In this document: piece by piece, positions 38,139-48,785 of the stretch | How the letters are laid out: each line of letters opens with the position of its first letter | How positions within the stretch are numbered: position 1 is the stretch's first letter | The notes under the pieces: model-generated | Told to the model about the DNA's origin: nothing | Databases searched by the model: none | The model's input: only the letters and a program-made list of their open reading frames with translations | Position numbers and translations under genes: made by a program | From: Dehalococcoidia bacterium | GTDB lineage: Bacteria; Chloroflexota; Dehalococcoidia; UBA2979 | Length of the DNA: 64,000 nt | Assembly: GCA_965219085.1 (NCBI GenBank) | Contig: OZ244720.1 | Coordinates: 384,001 to 448,000 of the forward strand | Reading direction: 5' to 3'

Positions 38139-39113
38139 CTATGCGCCGTTCAGCGCACGGTCGAGCGCCGCGAGTTCGTCGGCGGCCCAGCGCTGCGACA
38201 GCGCCGAGTTGGGCACGAGCCCCGCGGAGCCGTGGAACGCGCCAGGGTAGACGTGCAGCTCGACCGGGACGCCTGCCGCCATCAGCCGCTGCGCGTACGT
38301 CACATCCTCGTCCACGAAGAGGTCGAGCGTGCCGACGTTGATGTAAGTGGGCGGCAGCCCGGCAAGGTCCGAGGCGCGGGCTGGGGCGGCGTACGGCGAG
38401 ACGTCGTCGCCGCCGGCGTTGCCGGCGAGGTAGGCGTCCCAGCCCTGGAGGTTGGCCGCGCGGTTCCACACCCGCTCGTCCGTGATCGCCTCGCTGCTGC
38501 GCGTCGTGTTGGTGTCGTCGATCATCGGGTAGACGAGGAACTGGAAGCTCACGTCCACCTCGCCGCGGTCGCGCGCGACGAGGGCGAGCCCGGCGGCGAG
38601 CCCGGCGCCCGCGCTGCCGCCACCGATCGCGATGCGGCTGGCGTCGATGCCGAGCTCGGCGGCCGCTTCGGCGAACCACGCGAGGCCCGCGTAGCAGTCC
38701 TCGATGGGCGCGGGGAACGGGAACTCCGGCGCGAGCCGGTACTCGACCGAGGCGACGAGCACGTTGAGCGTGTCGGCGATGCCCGCGCAGTACGGATCGC
38801 TCATCTCGACGTTGCCGAGGACCATGCCGCCGCCGTGGATCCAGTAGAAGGCGGGGGCGTTGGTCCGGAGCCCGGCGGGCCGGTAGGTACGGACCATCAC
38901 GTCGGGCGCGCCCTCGGGGCCCGGCGCCATGTGGTCCTCCATCGCGACGTTGTCGGGCATGGGCGCGGCGGGCATCGCGGCGCGCCGCTCGGCCATGCCC
39001 GCACGCGCTGCCTCGATGTCGGCGAGGTCCATGCGCATCGGCATGGTGTCGAGGACGGCGCGGTGCTCAGCGTCGAGCTGCAGGTTGAGGTCAAGTGCGG
39101 GCGAGGTGGTCAT
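38139..39113 (-). CDS. HSL-family alpha/beta hydrolase (esterase/lipase)
   Basis: IHGGG, YRLAPE, GGSAG, GAFHG. Confidence 0.93.
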   Translation of the reverse strand: MTTSPALDLNLQLDAEHRAVLDTMPMRMDLADIEAARAGMAERRAAMPAAPMPDNVAMEDHMAPGPEGAPDVMVRTYRPAGLRTNAPAFYWIHGGGMVLGNVEMSDPYCAGIADTLNVLVASVEYRLAPEFPFPAPIEDCYAGLAWFAEAAAELGIDASRIAIGGGSAGAGLAAGLALVARDRGEVDVSFQFLVYPMIDDTNTTRSSEAITDERVWNRAANLQGWDAYLAGNAGGDDVSPYAAPARASDLAGLPPTYINVGTLDLFVDEDVTYAQRLMAAGVPVELHVYPGAFHGSAGLVPNSALSQRWAADELAALDRALNGA

Positions 39114-39266
39114 CGTGCGTCTCTCCGTAGGTGCATGCGTCGTGTCGGGCCGATGGTACAACCTCGCGCGCGATCGACAACGCTCCCGTGGGGACCCGGC
39201 GGCGGTTCTGTTAACGTGCGCATGCGCATCATCGGATGTTAGGCTGGGCGGCGTCGGAGGACGCTC

Positions 39267-40487
39267 GTGGCCCCCTTCCTCGCGCCGGACTGGTTCAACG
39301 ACTCGTACCTCGGCATCGAGGTCGAGCAGTACGTCGGCCTCGCCATCCTGGTCGCCGTGGCGCCCCTTACGTACGCGATCATCTCCCTGGCGCTCAGGCT
39401 GTACCTGCGCGCGCGCCTCCACGAAGACGACCGCGAGTTCTGGGAAAAGGAGCGGTCGCGGTTGGGGCGCGCGCTCTGGGCGCTGGCCGTGGCGATCACG
39501 TTCTTGCTGGGCTTCCCCGCCCTCGGCTTCCCCGAGGCGGTCGAAAGCATCGTCGATCAGATTGCGAGCCTGCTCGGCGCAGGGGCGCTCGTGCTGCTCG
39601 GCTTCCGCGGCGTCGACATCTTCACCAACGTGCTCAAGCGGCGCGCGGAGCTGACCGCGAGCCGCCTCGACGACCAGCTCGTGCCGGTCACGAACACGGT
39701 TCTCAAGGTGGCCACGCTCGTGATCGGGATGCTCTTCATCCTGGGCAACCTCGGAGTCAACGTGACGTCGCTGGTGGCCGGGCTCGGACTGGGCGGGCTG
39801 GCGGTCGCGCTCGCGGCGCAGGACACGTTCCGCAATCTGCTCGGCGGGGTCACGATCTTCGCGGACCGGCCGTTCCAGGTCGGCGACTGGGTGGTAGTCG
39901 GGGGCATCGAGGGGACGGTCGAGTACGTGGGGTTCCGCTCCTCGCGCGTGCGAACCTTCTACAACTCAGTCGTGACGGTGCCGAACGGGCGCATTGTCGA
40001 CACGCACGTGGACAACATGGGTATGCGCCAGTGGCGGCGTTACAAGACGACCCTCGGGCTCGACTACCACACGACGCCCGACCAGGTGCAGGCGTTCGTC
40101 GAGGGTATCCGCGCACTGATCCGCGCGAATCCGGGCATGCGCCAGGACTTCTACATCATCGAATTCACCGAATTCGCTCCGTCCTCGCTCGACATCATGG
40201 TCTACTGCTTCATCGACGCGCCGGACTGGAACGCCGAGTTGCGCACGCGCCACGTGCTGAACCTCGACATCATGCGGCTGGCCGAGGAGCTGGGCGTGGA
40301 GTTCGCCTTCCCCACGCAGACGCTGCACGTCGCCTCGCTGCCGGGTCAGCCGGCCGAGGTCCCCGAGGCGCCGGGACGGGAGCGGCTCGGCGAGGCGGTC
40401 GACGGCTTCGGCCCGGCGGGCAGCAGCGGTCAGCGCACGGACCAGCCGATCACGTCGGGCTACGACAACGCGCCGGACGGAGCGTAG
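39267..40487 (+). CDS. MscS-family mechanosensitive channel
   Basis: AGLGLGGLAVALAAQD, DRPFQVGD, FAFPTQT. Confidence 0.93.
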   Translation: MAPFLAPDWFNDSYLGIEVEQYVGLAILVAVAPLTYAIISLALRLYLRARLHEDDREFWEKERSRLGRALWALAVAITFLLGFPALGFPEAVESIVDQIASLLGAGALVLLGFRGVDIFTNVLKRRAELTASRLDDQLVPVTNTVLKVATLVIGMLFILGNLGVNVTSLVAGLGLGGLAVALAAQDTFRNLLGGVTIFADRPFQVGDWVVVGGIEGTVEYVGFRSSRVRTFYNSVVTVPNGRIVDTHVDNMGMRQWRRYKTTLGLDYHTTPDQVQAFVEGIRALIRANPGMRQDFYIIEFTEFAPSSLDIMVYCFIDAPDWNAELRTRHVLNLDIMRLAEELGVEFAFPTQTLHVASLPGQPAEVPEAPGRERLGEAVDGFGPAGSSGQRTDQPITSGYDNAPDGA

Positions 40488-40558
40488 CTCGTCCGACCGC
40501 GCTCAGGACTCCTCGCCTTCCGCCCGCTGTGCGCGCTCCCTGCTAGACTGCGCGCGCC

Positions 40559-42238
40559 GTGACCATCGTCATCGACCGCGATGTGCCCGTACCGATGCGC
40601 GACGGCGTCGTGCTCCGCGCCGATGCCGTGCGCGACGCGCAGGCGGGGCAGACGCCCGCGCTGCTGTTGCGCACGCCGTACCTGAAGGAAGGCAACTTCT
40701 CGTCGGTGTTCTCGCCCTTCGACGCCGTCGCGCGCGGGTACGCCGTCGTGATCCAGGACTGCCGCGGCACCGGTAAGTCCGACGGCGAGCTGCACCCCTT
40801 CCTGCAGGAGATCGATGACGGCTACGACAGCGTCGAGTGGTCCGCGGCGCAGGAGTGGTGCGACGGGCGCGTCGGCATGTACGGCATGTCGTACATGGGC
40901 GCGACGCCGTGGCTCGCCGCCATCGCCGCGCCGCCGTCCCTCGCTGCGATCGCGACGTTCATGACCGGCTCCGACTTCCTCGAGGGCTGGACTTACGAGG
41001 GCGGCGCGTTCCATCTCGGCTTCAACACCGGCTGGGTCGCCGCTAACCTCTCGCTGCGCGTGCTCGAACGCAGCGGCATCGACCGGGCGGCCTACGAGGA
41101 GCGCGAGGGTCAGGCGATGCGCGCACTCGCGCGACTGCGCGCGACCGGCGCCTTCACGCCACTCGACGAACTGCCGCTCTACCGCACGGTCGCGCCCGCG
41201 CCGTACTACTTCGACTGGCTCGCGCGACCGGAGCGGGACGAGGAGTGGGAGACGGTCTCGATCGCCGCGCAAGCGGGCAACGTCACCGTCCCGGCGCTCG
41301 GCGTCGGCGGCTGGTACGACCTGTTCGCGGGCGGGCCGCCGCAGACCTTCGGCGCCGTGCGCGAGCGCGGCGCCACCGAGGCCGCGCGCGAGGGCCAGCG
41401 CCTGGTGATGGGCCCCTGGAACCACTCGCTCCCGGCGAATTCCATCGTCGGCGCCGTCGACTTCGGGCGCGAGGCAGCGCCCGACCTCGGCGAGCGCGTG
41501 CTGCGCTGGTTCGACTGGCAGATCCTCGGTCGCGAGCCGTCCGAGGAACTCGTGGCGCCCGTGCGCTACTTCACGATGGGGCCCAACACCTGGCAGGAGG
41601 CCGAGACGTGGCCGCCGCCGGAGGCCTCGCCGACCTCGTTTTTCCTGCGCGGCGACGGCGCCGCGAACGCGGCGGGCGGCGACGGCCGCCTCGAACGCGA
41701 GCCCGGCGCCGACGAACCGCCCGACGAGTTCCTGTACCACCCGCTGCGGCCCGTGCCGACCGTCGGCGGCGGGGGCCGCGTCGACGGCGCGTTCGACCAG
41801 AACCGCGTCGAGGGGCGGCAGGACGTGCTCGTCTACGACTCGGCGCCGCTCGGCGAACCCCTCGAGGTCAGCGGGCCGCTGTCGGTCGAGTTGCACGTGG
41901 CAACCAGCGCGCCGTCGACGGACTTCACCGCGAAACTCGTCGAGGTCGCGCCGGACGGCTTCGCGCGCAACCTCGGCGACGGCATCGTGCGCGCTCGCTT
42001 CGAGCCGGGCGTGGTGCGCGCCGTGACCATCGACCTGCGGCACACGAGCAACGTCTTCGCGGCCGGCAGCCGCATCCGGCTCGAGGTGTCGAGCAGCAAC
42101 TTCCCGCGCTTCGACCGCAACCCGAACACGGGCGAGGCGCCCGCGTCGGCGACACGATTCGTGCCCGCGCACCAGTACGTGCATCACTCCGCGGCGTATC
42201 CCTCGAGCCTGATCCTGCCCGTCGTCGCGACCGTGTAG
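40559..42238 (+). CDS. CocE/NonD-family hydrolase
   Basis: RTPY, QDCRG, GMSYMG, GGWYD, GPWNH, SSSNFPRFDRNPN. Confidence 0.93.
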   Translation: MTIVIDRDVPVPMRDGVVLRADAVRDAQAGQTPALLLRTPYLKEGNFSSVFSPFDAVARGYAVVIQDCRGTGKSDGELHPFLQEIDDGYDSVEWSAAQEWCDGRVGMYGMSYMGATPWLAAIAAPPSLAAIATFMTGSDFLEGWTYEGGAFHLGFNTGWVAANLSLRVLERSGIDRAAYEEREGQAMRALARLRATGAFTPLDELPLYRTVAPAPYYFDWLARPERDEEWETVSIAAQAGNVTVPALGVGGWYDLFAGGPPQTFGAVRERGATEAAREGQRLVMGPWNHSLPANSIVGAVDFGREAAPDLGERVLRWFDWQILGREPSEELVAPVRYFTMGPNTWQEAETWPPPEASPTSFFLRGDGAANAAGGDGRLEREPGADEPPDEFLYHPLRPVPTVGGGGRVDGAFDQNRVEGRQDVLVYDSAPLGEPLEVSGPLSVELHVATSAPSTDFTAKLVEVAPDGFARNLGDGIVRARFEPGVVRAVTIDLRHTSNVFAAGSRIRLEVSSSNFPRFDRNPNTGEAPASATRFVPAHQYVHHSAAYPSSLILPVVATV

Positions 42239-42272
42239 GCTGAACTCGGCGACAGGCGAACGGAGGACGCTG

Positions 42273-42668
42273 ATGGTTCAGTCCGAACAGCAGACGAGCG
42301 TCGAAGCAGCCGCCATCGAGCGCATGCAGGAGTTCTCGCGGGCCATGGTCAAGGGTGACCCCGAGGCCCTTGAGGAGCTCCTCGCGCCGGACTTCACGTA
42401 CACGCACATGGGCGGTCGCGTGGAGCCTCGTGACGAACTGATCGAGTCGGTCCACAACGGTCGTCACAACGACCGCATGGACTTCGAGCACATGGGCGTG
42501 CGGACGTACCCGAGCACCACGATCGTGAACGGCCTCAACCACATGCGGATCGACTACGCGGACCGCCCCTCGCTGGCCTTCGACTCGCACTTCACAGGCG
42601 TGTGGGTCGACGTCGACGGCACCAGCAAGCTCGTCGTCTACCACTCCACGCGGGTGCCGGAGGAGTAG
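42273..42668 (+). CDS. NTF2-like (DUF4440) protein
   Basis: LLAPDFTYTH...FTGVWV pattern; GGAGG RBS. Confidence 0.85.
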   Translation: MVQSEQQTSVEAAAIERMQEFSRAMVKGDPEALEELLAPDFTYTHMGGRVEPRDELIESVHNGRHNDRMDFEHMGVRTYPSTTIVNGLNHMRIDYADRPSLAFDSHFTGVWVDVDGTSKLVVYHSTRVPEE

Positions 42669-43298
42669 ACGCCGGGGCGTTCCGTCGTTGACGGGCGAGA
42701 GCCCGTCGGCCGCGCCCTCAAGGACACTCCGTTCCGATGGCTGGACCTTCGGAAGCTGTCTGAGGCTCTCTTTCCCGCCGATTCCATCCGGACAGTCTGC
42801 TACTTCACGGCTCGCCTCGAAGTCCGACCCGCCAACCCCGGTCAGGCCCAGCGGCAGCAAGCCTACCTCCGGGCCTTGAGCACACTCCCGGATGTCGAGG
42901 TGCACCACGGGACCTTCCGGTCCGGCGTGAAGCGCCGCCCGCTGGCCGAGCCGGTGCCGGGGCTGCCGAGCCGCGTCCTCGTACGAGACTCCGAGGAGAA
43001 GGGCTCGGACGTGAACCTCGCCACCCGACTGCTGGTGGACGGGTTCAACGGGGAGTACGAGCAGGCGGTCGTCGTGTCCAACGACGCGGACTTCGCGGGC
43101 GCCATGCGGTACGTGCGCGACGGCCTCGGGCTCCGCGTCACGCTCGTCAACCCCGACGCTCGGACGAGCAGCCCTCGCGACCTGGCTGCGGCGGCGACCT
43201 ATGTGAAGCGCCTGTGGCGGAGCCACCTCCGCCGCAGCCGGTTCCCCGACAACGTGCGCGACGAGGTGGGTGCGATCACCAAACCGTCTGGCTGGTGA
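42669..43298 (+). pseudogene. NYN/LabA-DUF88-like PIN nuclease gene with eroded 5' end
   Basis: ALKDTPFRWLDL, YFTAR, EEKGSDVNLA, SNDADF; VDGREPVG where VDGFNLY is expected; no start codon. Confidence 0.7.
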
Positions 43299-43337
43299 GG
43301 TCAGCGGCAGAGTGCGCCGGCCCGGCCGGCTGCGTGT

Positions 43338-44669
43338 CTACGTCTCGACCGCGAACGGCGCCACGCCGGGCGCGTACCCGAAGCCGATCTGCTCGATCTC
43401 CTCGAGCGCGCGGTACTGCTCCTCGGTGTAGCCCATGACCTCGCGGTAGACGTACTCGTTGTGCTCGCCGAGCAGCGGCGGGCCCGTGCGGATGTGGTTC
43501 GGCGTATTCGCCATCCGCAGGTTCAGGCCAGGGTAGAGGTGCGTCCCGGTCGAGGTGTTCCCCGTCTCCTCGAAGAACCCGCGCTCGGCGAGTTGCGGGC
43601 AGGCGTACGCGGCAGCCTCGTTCTGCACCGGGCCGGCGATCACGCCGGCCGCCTGCAGCCCGAGGAAGAGCGCGCGCTGGTCGTGCTTGCGCGTGTGCTC
43701 GGCGAGCGCCTGGTCGAGCGCCTCCTGGTCGCGGTAGCGTCCGGCGGCGGTCTGCCAATCCTCGTTCGCGAAGAGGTCGTCGGCGCGGAGGAACTCGCAG
43801 ATGGACTCCCACGCCTCGTCCGAGTCGCAGTCGATGGCGATGTAGTCGTCCTCGCCGCGGCAGGGGTAGTAGTTGTGCGGGGCGTGCGTGCGGTGACGGT
43901 TGCCTTGCGGCTCGGTGTTGCGGCCGTTGGCGGTGTAGTCGAGCAGGAACTCGCCGAGGATGGGCAGGAACGCCTCGGCCAGTGGCTGCTCCAGCAGCTG
44001 GCCGCGCCCGGTCCGCCGCACGTGGCGCAGCGCCATGCTGACCGCGAACGCGCCCTGGATGCCGGCGATCGCATCGCTCGTCACCACGTCGCCGGCGGCC
44101 TCGATGATGTCGTCGGGGTAGGAACGGATGTGAGTGTGGCCGATCACGGCCTCCATGTGCAGCCCGAAGCCGCGGTAGTTCTTGTACTCGCCGTTGAGTC
44201 CGAAGCCCGGCATGCGCAGCATGATCAGCCGAGGGTTGCGCTTGCTCAGCACGTCGTAGGTGATGTTCGCCTTCTCAATCGTCTCCGGCACGTTGTTCTC
44301 GACGACGACGTCGCAGTGTTCGATGAGGTCGAGGAACGCCTCGCGGCCTTCGGGCGTGGTGATGTCGGCGGTCATGCTCAGCTTGTTGCGGCCGTGCGAG
44401 TTGAACGACGCCCCCTTGTTCCAGGGGTCGGGCGTGCCGACGAAGTCGGGGAAGCCGGCGAGCGTGACGCCGTGCGCGGCCATCGCCTTGAGCTCCTCCG
44501 GCGTCGGTGGCCGGCGCTCGGCCCCCCGCGTCGCGGGCTGAATGCGCGTGCGAGGCTCCACGCGGATCACCTCGGCGCCCCACTCCGCGAGCAACTGCGT
44601 GACGTGCGGCCCGGCCCACACCACGGTGATGTCGGCGACGCGCACGCCCTCCAGCGGTAGATTGCCCAC
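43338..44669 (-). CDS. CaiB/BaiF CoA-transferase (Asp-containing subunit)
   Basis: PLEGVRV, WAGP, GRNKLS, TSDAIAG. Confidence 0.92.
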   Translation of the reverse strand: MGNLPLEGVRVADITVVWAGPHVTQLLAEWGAEVIRVEPRTRIQPATRGAERRPPTPEELKAMAAHGVTLAGFPDFVGTPDPWNKGASFNSHGRNKLSMTADITTPEGREAFLDLIEHCDVVVENNVPETIEKANITYDVLSKRNPRLIMLRMPGFGLNGEYKNYRGFGLHMEAVIGHTHIRSYPDDIIEAAGDVVTSDAIAGIQGAFAVSMALRHVRRTGRGQLLEQPLAEAFLPILGEFLLDYTANGRNTEPQGNRHRTHAPHNYYPCRGEDDYIAIDCDSDEAWESICEFLRADDLFANEDWQTAAGRYRDQEALDQALAEHTRKHDQRALFLGLQAAGVIAGPVQNEAAAYACPQLAERGFFEETGNTSTGTHLYPGLNLRMANTPNHIRTGPPLLGEHNEYVYREVMGYTEEQYRALEEIEQIGFGYAPGVAPFAVET

Positions 44670-44693
44670 GATTCGCGTCCTCCGTTTGCCTCG

Positions 44694-45908
44694 CTAGATT
44701 GCGCCGACGCCCCTGAGCAGGGCGAGGTCCGCCGCCGGCACGTCGAGCAACTCCGTCAGCACCTCAGCGGTGTGCTCGCCGAGCAGCGGCGCGCGGCGCG
44801 GGTGCTGGCGCGGCGTCTCGCCCATGACGAGCGGCCGGCCGGGGTACTCGAAACTGCCGGCGACCGGGTGCTCGATCTCTTCCCACACGCCGCGGCCCCG
44901 GAACACGGGGTCCGCGACGATGTCTTCCGGGGTGTTGATGACCCCGGACAGCAGGCCGTGGCTCTGCGCCTCGATCAGCGCCTCGCGCTTCGTGCGCGCC
45001 ATCGACCACCCGAGGTAGGCCGTCGAGACCTCCTCGACAAACGCGGGGTCGAGCGTGAGCGGGGGCTGCATCAGGCGCTCGTCACCGGAGAGGTGGCCGA
45101 GGCCGATCATCTCGACGAACTGGTGGATCTTCGGCCCGATCGCGGTGATGTTGACGTACCCATCGAGGCACGGCTGGGCGCCACCGCCGAGCACCATGCC
45201 CGCGACGCCGCCGCGGCGGCTGCTCGGCGTGCCCTGGTACGCGTAGGTCGTGAGCGACGCCGTGCGGCGGTCACGCGAGCCCATCTGCGTCTCGTAGACG
45301 GAGACGTCGATGTGGTCGCCCTCGCCGCCCGCTTCGACGCGCAGCGTTGTCATGGCGACGGACCAGGCGCCGACGAGCCCCGCCTGCATCAGCGCGAGGC
45401 TGCCGCCCAGCTTGAGCGGCTCGCGCTCAGCGGAGCCCGTGGAGCTGACCGGCCCGCCCATGCCCTGCAGCACGATGTCCGAGGCGCGGAAGCCGAGCTC
45501 GACGTACGGCCCGTTCCGTCCCCACGGCGTGATCGAGCAGTAGATGAGGCCGGGCCGGTTCGCCGAGAGCTGCTCGTACCCGATGCCGAGCTCCTCGGCG
45601 TCGCCGGGGTCGAAGTCCTCCACGACGACGTCGGCCTGCTCGATGAGGCCGAGCAGGAGCTCGAGGCCGTCCTCGGTCTCCGGGTCGATCGTGACGGAGC
45701 GCTTGTTGGTGTTGAGGTGCAGGAACAGCAGCCCGCGCTCGGGGTGGGGGATGTCGCCGGCGAAGGGCGGGACGTTGCGGGTGGGGTCGCCGCCGGGAGG
45801 CTCGACCTTGATGACGTCCGCGCCGAAGTCGGCGAGCAGCTTGGTGCAATGCGGCCCGGCCACGCCGGTGGTCAGGTCGACTACGCGAATACCGTCGAGC
45901 GCCTGCAC
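44694..45908 (-). CDS. CaiB/BaiF CoA-transferase (catalytic Asp apparently absent)
   Basis: ALDGIRV, AGP, LNTNKRS, APLLGEH; SLALMQAG at the Asp position. Confidence 0.9.
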   Translation of the reverse strand: MQALDGIRVVDLTTGVAGPHCTKLLADFGADVIKVEPPGGDPTRNVPPFAGDIPHPERGLLFLHLNTNKRSVTIDPETEDGLELLLGLIEQADVVVEDFDPGDAEELGIGYEQLSANRPGLIYCSITPWGRNGPYVELGFRASDIVLQGMGGPVSSTGSAEREPLKLGGSLALMQAGLVGAWSVAMTTLRVEAGGEGDHIDVSVYETQMGSRDRRTASLTTYAYQGTPSSRRGGVAGMVLGGGAQPCLDGYVNITAIGPKIHQFVEMIGLGHLSGDERLMQPPLTLDPAFVEEVSTAYLGWSMARTKREALIEAQSHGLLSGVINTPEDIVADPVFRGRGVWEEIEHPVAGSFEYPGRPLVMGETPRQHPRRAPLLGEHTAEVLTELLDVPAADLALLRGVGAI

Positions 45909-46033
45909 CGCTCCTCCTGCTGTCCGCCGTGGCCCGGTTGGGGGCGGATCATAGCAGCCGCGCGCGTGTGCGCCCGCCCGAGGCGGGGCTATCGTTCGGC
46001 GCACACATCCCGGAGGTTCGAGGGGGGAAGGAG

Positions 46034-46159
46034 ATGTCTGTAGGCGACGGCTTCAAGTTCGGGTTCGGGTTCACCTTCGGGGCCGCATTGGCGTCGCTGG
46101 TGGCGTGGATTCCGCTGGTCATCGTGCTGGGGGTCGTGGGCGGCTTCTACGGCAGTTGA
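46034..46159 (+). CDS. Small membrane protein, 41 aa
   Basis: AAGGAG RBS; MSVGDGFKFGFGFTFGAALASLVAWIPLVIVLGVVGGFYGS. Confidence 0.6.
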   Translation: MSVGDGFKFGFGFTFGAALASLVAWIPLVIVLGVVGGFYGS

Positions 46160-46186
46160 GGCGCGAGCCGCGGCCCCTCGACGCGC

Positions 46187-46921
46187 TTACGCTCGCTCGC
46201 CGATCTCGAAGCGCATCAGGAACCACGTGCCGACCAGGAGCGAGACGGCGACGACGGCGACCGAGGCGATCGCGGCCTGCGATCCCTCGAGGCTCCCGCT
46301 GACCGGCCGCGCCGTGGTGAGCGCATCGGCGATACCGAACACGAACTGGCGCACGCTGATCCAGCGTGTGCCGTCGAAGAAGTTCGTGATGAACGCCTCC
46401 CAGACGAAGACGTACGCGAGGCCGATGATGAGCGCGCGGCTGGTGATCGTGCTGAGCGCGACGAATAGCCCGCTATAGACGACGCCACCTGCAACGGTGG
46501 CAACCGCGGCGGCCCACCACAATGACTCCGTGTCGAATCCGCCCAATACGATGAGGGCGGTGATCAGCGTGGCGGGCACGGTGAGCGCGATCGTCGCCGC
46601 CGAGGCCACGACGACCTTCGCCACGACGATGCGCCAGCGGGCAAGCGGGTGCGCGAGCAGGTAGACGACCGTTCCGTCCTCCACCTCGGAGCCGAGCGCC
46701 GAGGTGCCGAACACGAGCGCGCCGATCGGCAGCAGCAGCGTGAACACGAAGCCGCCGATCACGTTGTTGGCCGCCTCGTAGGGCTCGTTGTCCGCGGCGT
46801 CGCTCGCGAACCGCACGATCAGTGCGACTCCAACGGGGATGAGCGCGAGCAGCGCGATCAGGATCGCGCGCCGCCGGCCCAGCAGCTGGTGCGCGGTCAG
46901 CGACAGCAGCGTAAGCGTCAT
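46187..46921 (-). CDS. ABC-2 permease
   Basis: SEVEDGTVVYLLAHP, TM helices; ATGA overlap. Confidence 0.88.
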   Translation of the reverse strand: MTLTLLSLTAHQLLGRRRAILIALLALIPVGVALIVRFASDAADNEPYEAANNVIGGFVFTLLLPIGALVFGTSALGSEVEDGTVVYLLAHPLARWRIVVAKVVVASAATIALTVPATLITALIVLGGFDTESLWWAAAVATVAGGVVYSGLFVALSTITSRALIIGLAYVFVWEAFITNFFDGTRWISVRQFVFGIADALTTARPVSGSLEGSQAAIASVAVVAVSLLVGTWFLMRFEIGERA

Positions 46922-47841
46922 GACCCCACCAGGTACGAGAACACGCTCTCGAGCGACTCGTCGGCCGGGCGCAGCTGGTGCAGCGTGACGCCTGAGTCGC
47001 GCGCCGCACGCGCGATCGCCGCGGTGAACGCGCCGAAGTCCGTCGTCCGCACGTCGAGGCGGCTGTCGGCCAGCTCGATGGCCGAGACGTGCGGCAAGCC
47101 GACAAGCACCGCCGCCAGCGCGCGGTTGTCGCTGGAGCGCAGCTCGAACACGTGCGGGCGGTCGGTCATCAGGCGGCGGATCTCGCGGAAGTCTCCGGAT
47201 GCGGCGAGCCTGCCGTTGACGATCACGAGCACGTTCTCGGCGAGCCGCTCGACCTCCTCGAGGATGTGCGAGGAGAAGAGGATCGTGCACCCCTCGGCCG
47301 CCATGCGGCGCAGCATCTCCATGAGCTGGAGCCGCTGGCGTGGGTCGGTACCATTGAAGGGCTCGTCGAGGATCAGGATCTCCGGATCGTGGACGAGCGC
47401 GGCGGCGATCTTGGCGCGCTGGCGCATCCCCTTGGAGTAGCCACTCATCGGCCGGTCCTGCGCGTCCTCCAGCTCGACGCGCGCGATCGCGCGGCGGGTG
47501 GCGTCCTCCGGGTCCGGCAGCCCGTGCAGCCGCGCGCTGGCGAGCGCGAAGTCGTGCGCTCCGAGGAACGGGTAGACGGACTCGCGCTCCGGCACCAGCC
47601 CCACGCGGCGGAAGATGTCCGGGTTGCGCCACGCGGACGCGCCGAGCACCGAGATCGCCCCGGCGGAGGGACGCAGGAACCCCGCGATCATGTGCAGCAT
47701 CGTGCTCTTGCCCGCGCCGTTGGGGCCGAGCAGCCCTGTGATGCCGGGCTCGAGCCCGAACGAAATGTCGTTCACCGCCACGACGTCGCCGTACCAGCGC
47801 GAGACGTTGCGGACTTCGACCCTCGCTGCCTCCGACGCCAT
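46918..47841 (-). CDS. ABC ATP-binding protein
   Basis: GPNGAGKST, YSKGMRQR, LDEP. Confidence 0.93.
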   Translation of the reverse strand: MASEAARVEVRNVSRWYGDVVAVNDISFGLEPGITGLLGPNGAGKSTMLHMIAGFLRPSAGAISVLGASAWRNPDIFRRVGLVPERESVYPFLGAHDFALASARLHGLPDPEDATRRAIARVELEDAQDRPMSGYSKGMRQRAKIAAALVHDPEILILDEPFNGTDPRQRLQLMEMLRRMAAEGCTILFSSHILEEVERLAENVLVIVNGRLAASGDFREIRRLMTDRPHVFELRSSDNRALAAVLVGLPHVSAIELADSRLDVRTTDFGAFTAAIARAARDSGVTLHQLRPADESLESVFSYLVGS

Positions 47842-48785
47842 CAGATGGACCCCCGGTAACGCCGAACGACGATCGCCGAGGCAAGCGCCGTCCAGGCGAG
47901 CGTGGCCAGCGGCCAGATGTAGCCGGGGAAGTCGGCGTAGGCGATCTGGTCGCCCGTCTCGTCGCGGCTGGCGGCCCCGGCAACGTCGGACCATGCCGGG
48001 ATGGCGTCGAAGATGTAGAGCGTGGAGCCCTCCACGACGTGGAGGGGGCTGATGAAGAGCAGGTAGCGCAGTTGCTCGTTGTCGCTCAGCGAAGCGACGG
48101 TGCTCACGGCGGTGAGCGAGACCAGGAAGATGGCGATCACGCTGATCATGGCGAAGGCCCGGCGCTCGGCGTACGAGGCGATCAACACGCCGACGGAGCC
48201 GAAGGTCACGCACAGCAGTACACCGCTGGCAGCGACCCTCGGCAGGTCGCCGATGTTGTCGCGCATCCAGTCGAGGCCGTCGGCCGCGCCGAGCGCGTTG
48301 CCCGCGAACAGGAGCAGCTGCGGCACCACGGTGAGCGCGACCAGGCTACTGGAGAGCGCCGCGATCTTCGCGAGCGCGTAGTCGTCGCGCTCGATGGGGC
48401 GCGAGAAGTAGAGCGCGAGCGTGTTGGAGCGCCGGTCGTTGCCTACCAGATCGGAGGCAATCGCCGCCACGAACAGCACGAGGATGTACTGGATCAACGT
48501 GTAGTACTCGTGGGGCTGGAAGATCTCGAACTCATCGCTGGGCAGGACGGCGCCGAGGATGAGCGCGAGCACAGCCGGGAAGAACGCGAACGCCACCAGG
48601 ACGAACGCCATCACCTTCGGCAGCGCGCCGCGGCCGATGCCGAAGGCGTTGCGCACGCTGAGCACGTAGAGCGACCGCAGCGCGTAGACGCGTCCGAGGC
48701 GCGGGCCCTCGTAGCCCTGGTAGCCGAGGTCGTAGATCGTCCCGGAGGGTCCGGGCGAGGTCGGCGCCGGCTCAGCCTGCGCCAT
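47841..48785 (-). CDS. ABC permease
   Basis: IYDLGY, DRRSNTLALYFSRPI. Confidence 0.88.
   Translation of the reverse strand: MAQAEPAPTSPGPSGTIYDLGYQGYEGPRLGRVYALRSLYVLSVRNAFGIGRGALPKVMAFVLVAFAFFPAVLALILGAVLPSDEFEIFQPHEYYTLIQYILVLFVAAIASDLVGNDRRSNTLALYFSRPIERDDYALAKIAALSSSLVALTVVPQLLLFAGNALGAADGLDWMRDNIGDLPRVAASGVLLCVTFGSVGVLIASYAERRAFAMISVIAIFLVSLTAVSTVASLSDNEQLRYLLFISPLHVVEGSTLYIFDAIPAWSDVAGAASRDETGDQIAYADFPGYIWPLATLAWTALASAIVVRRYRGSI

Noticed and set aside
2574-43298. Genome-wide amber (TAG) recoding suggested by two in-frame continuations
   Set aside because: Many intact genes (amtB, glnK, ccr, gltA) end correctly at TAG and no pyl genes are seen.
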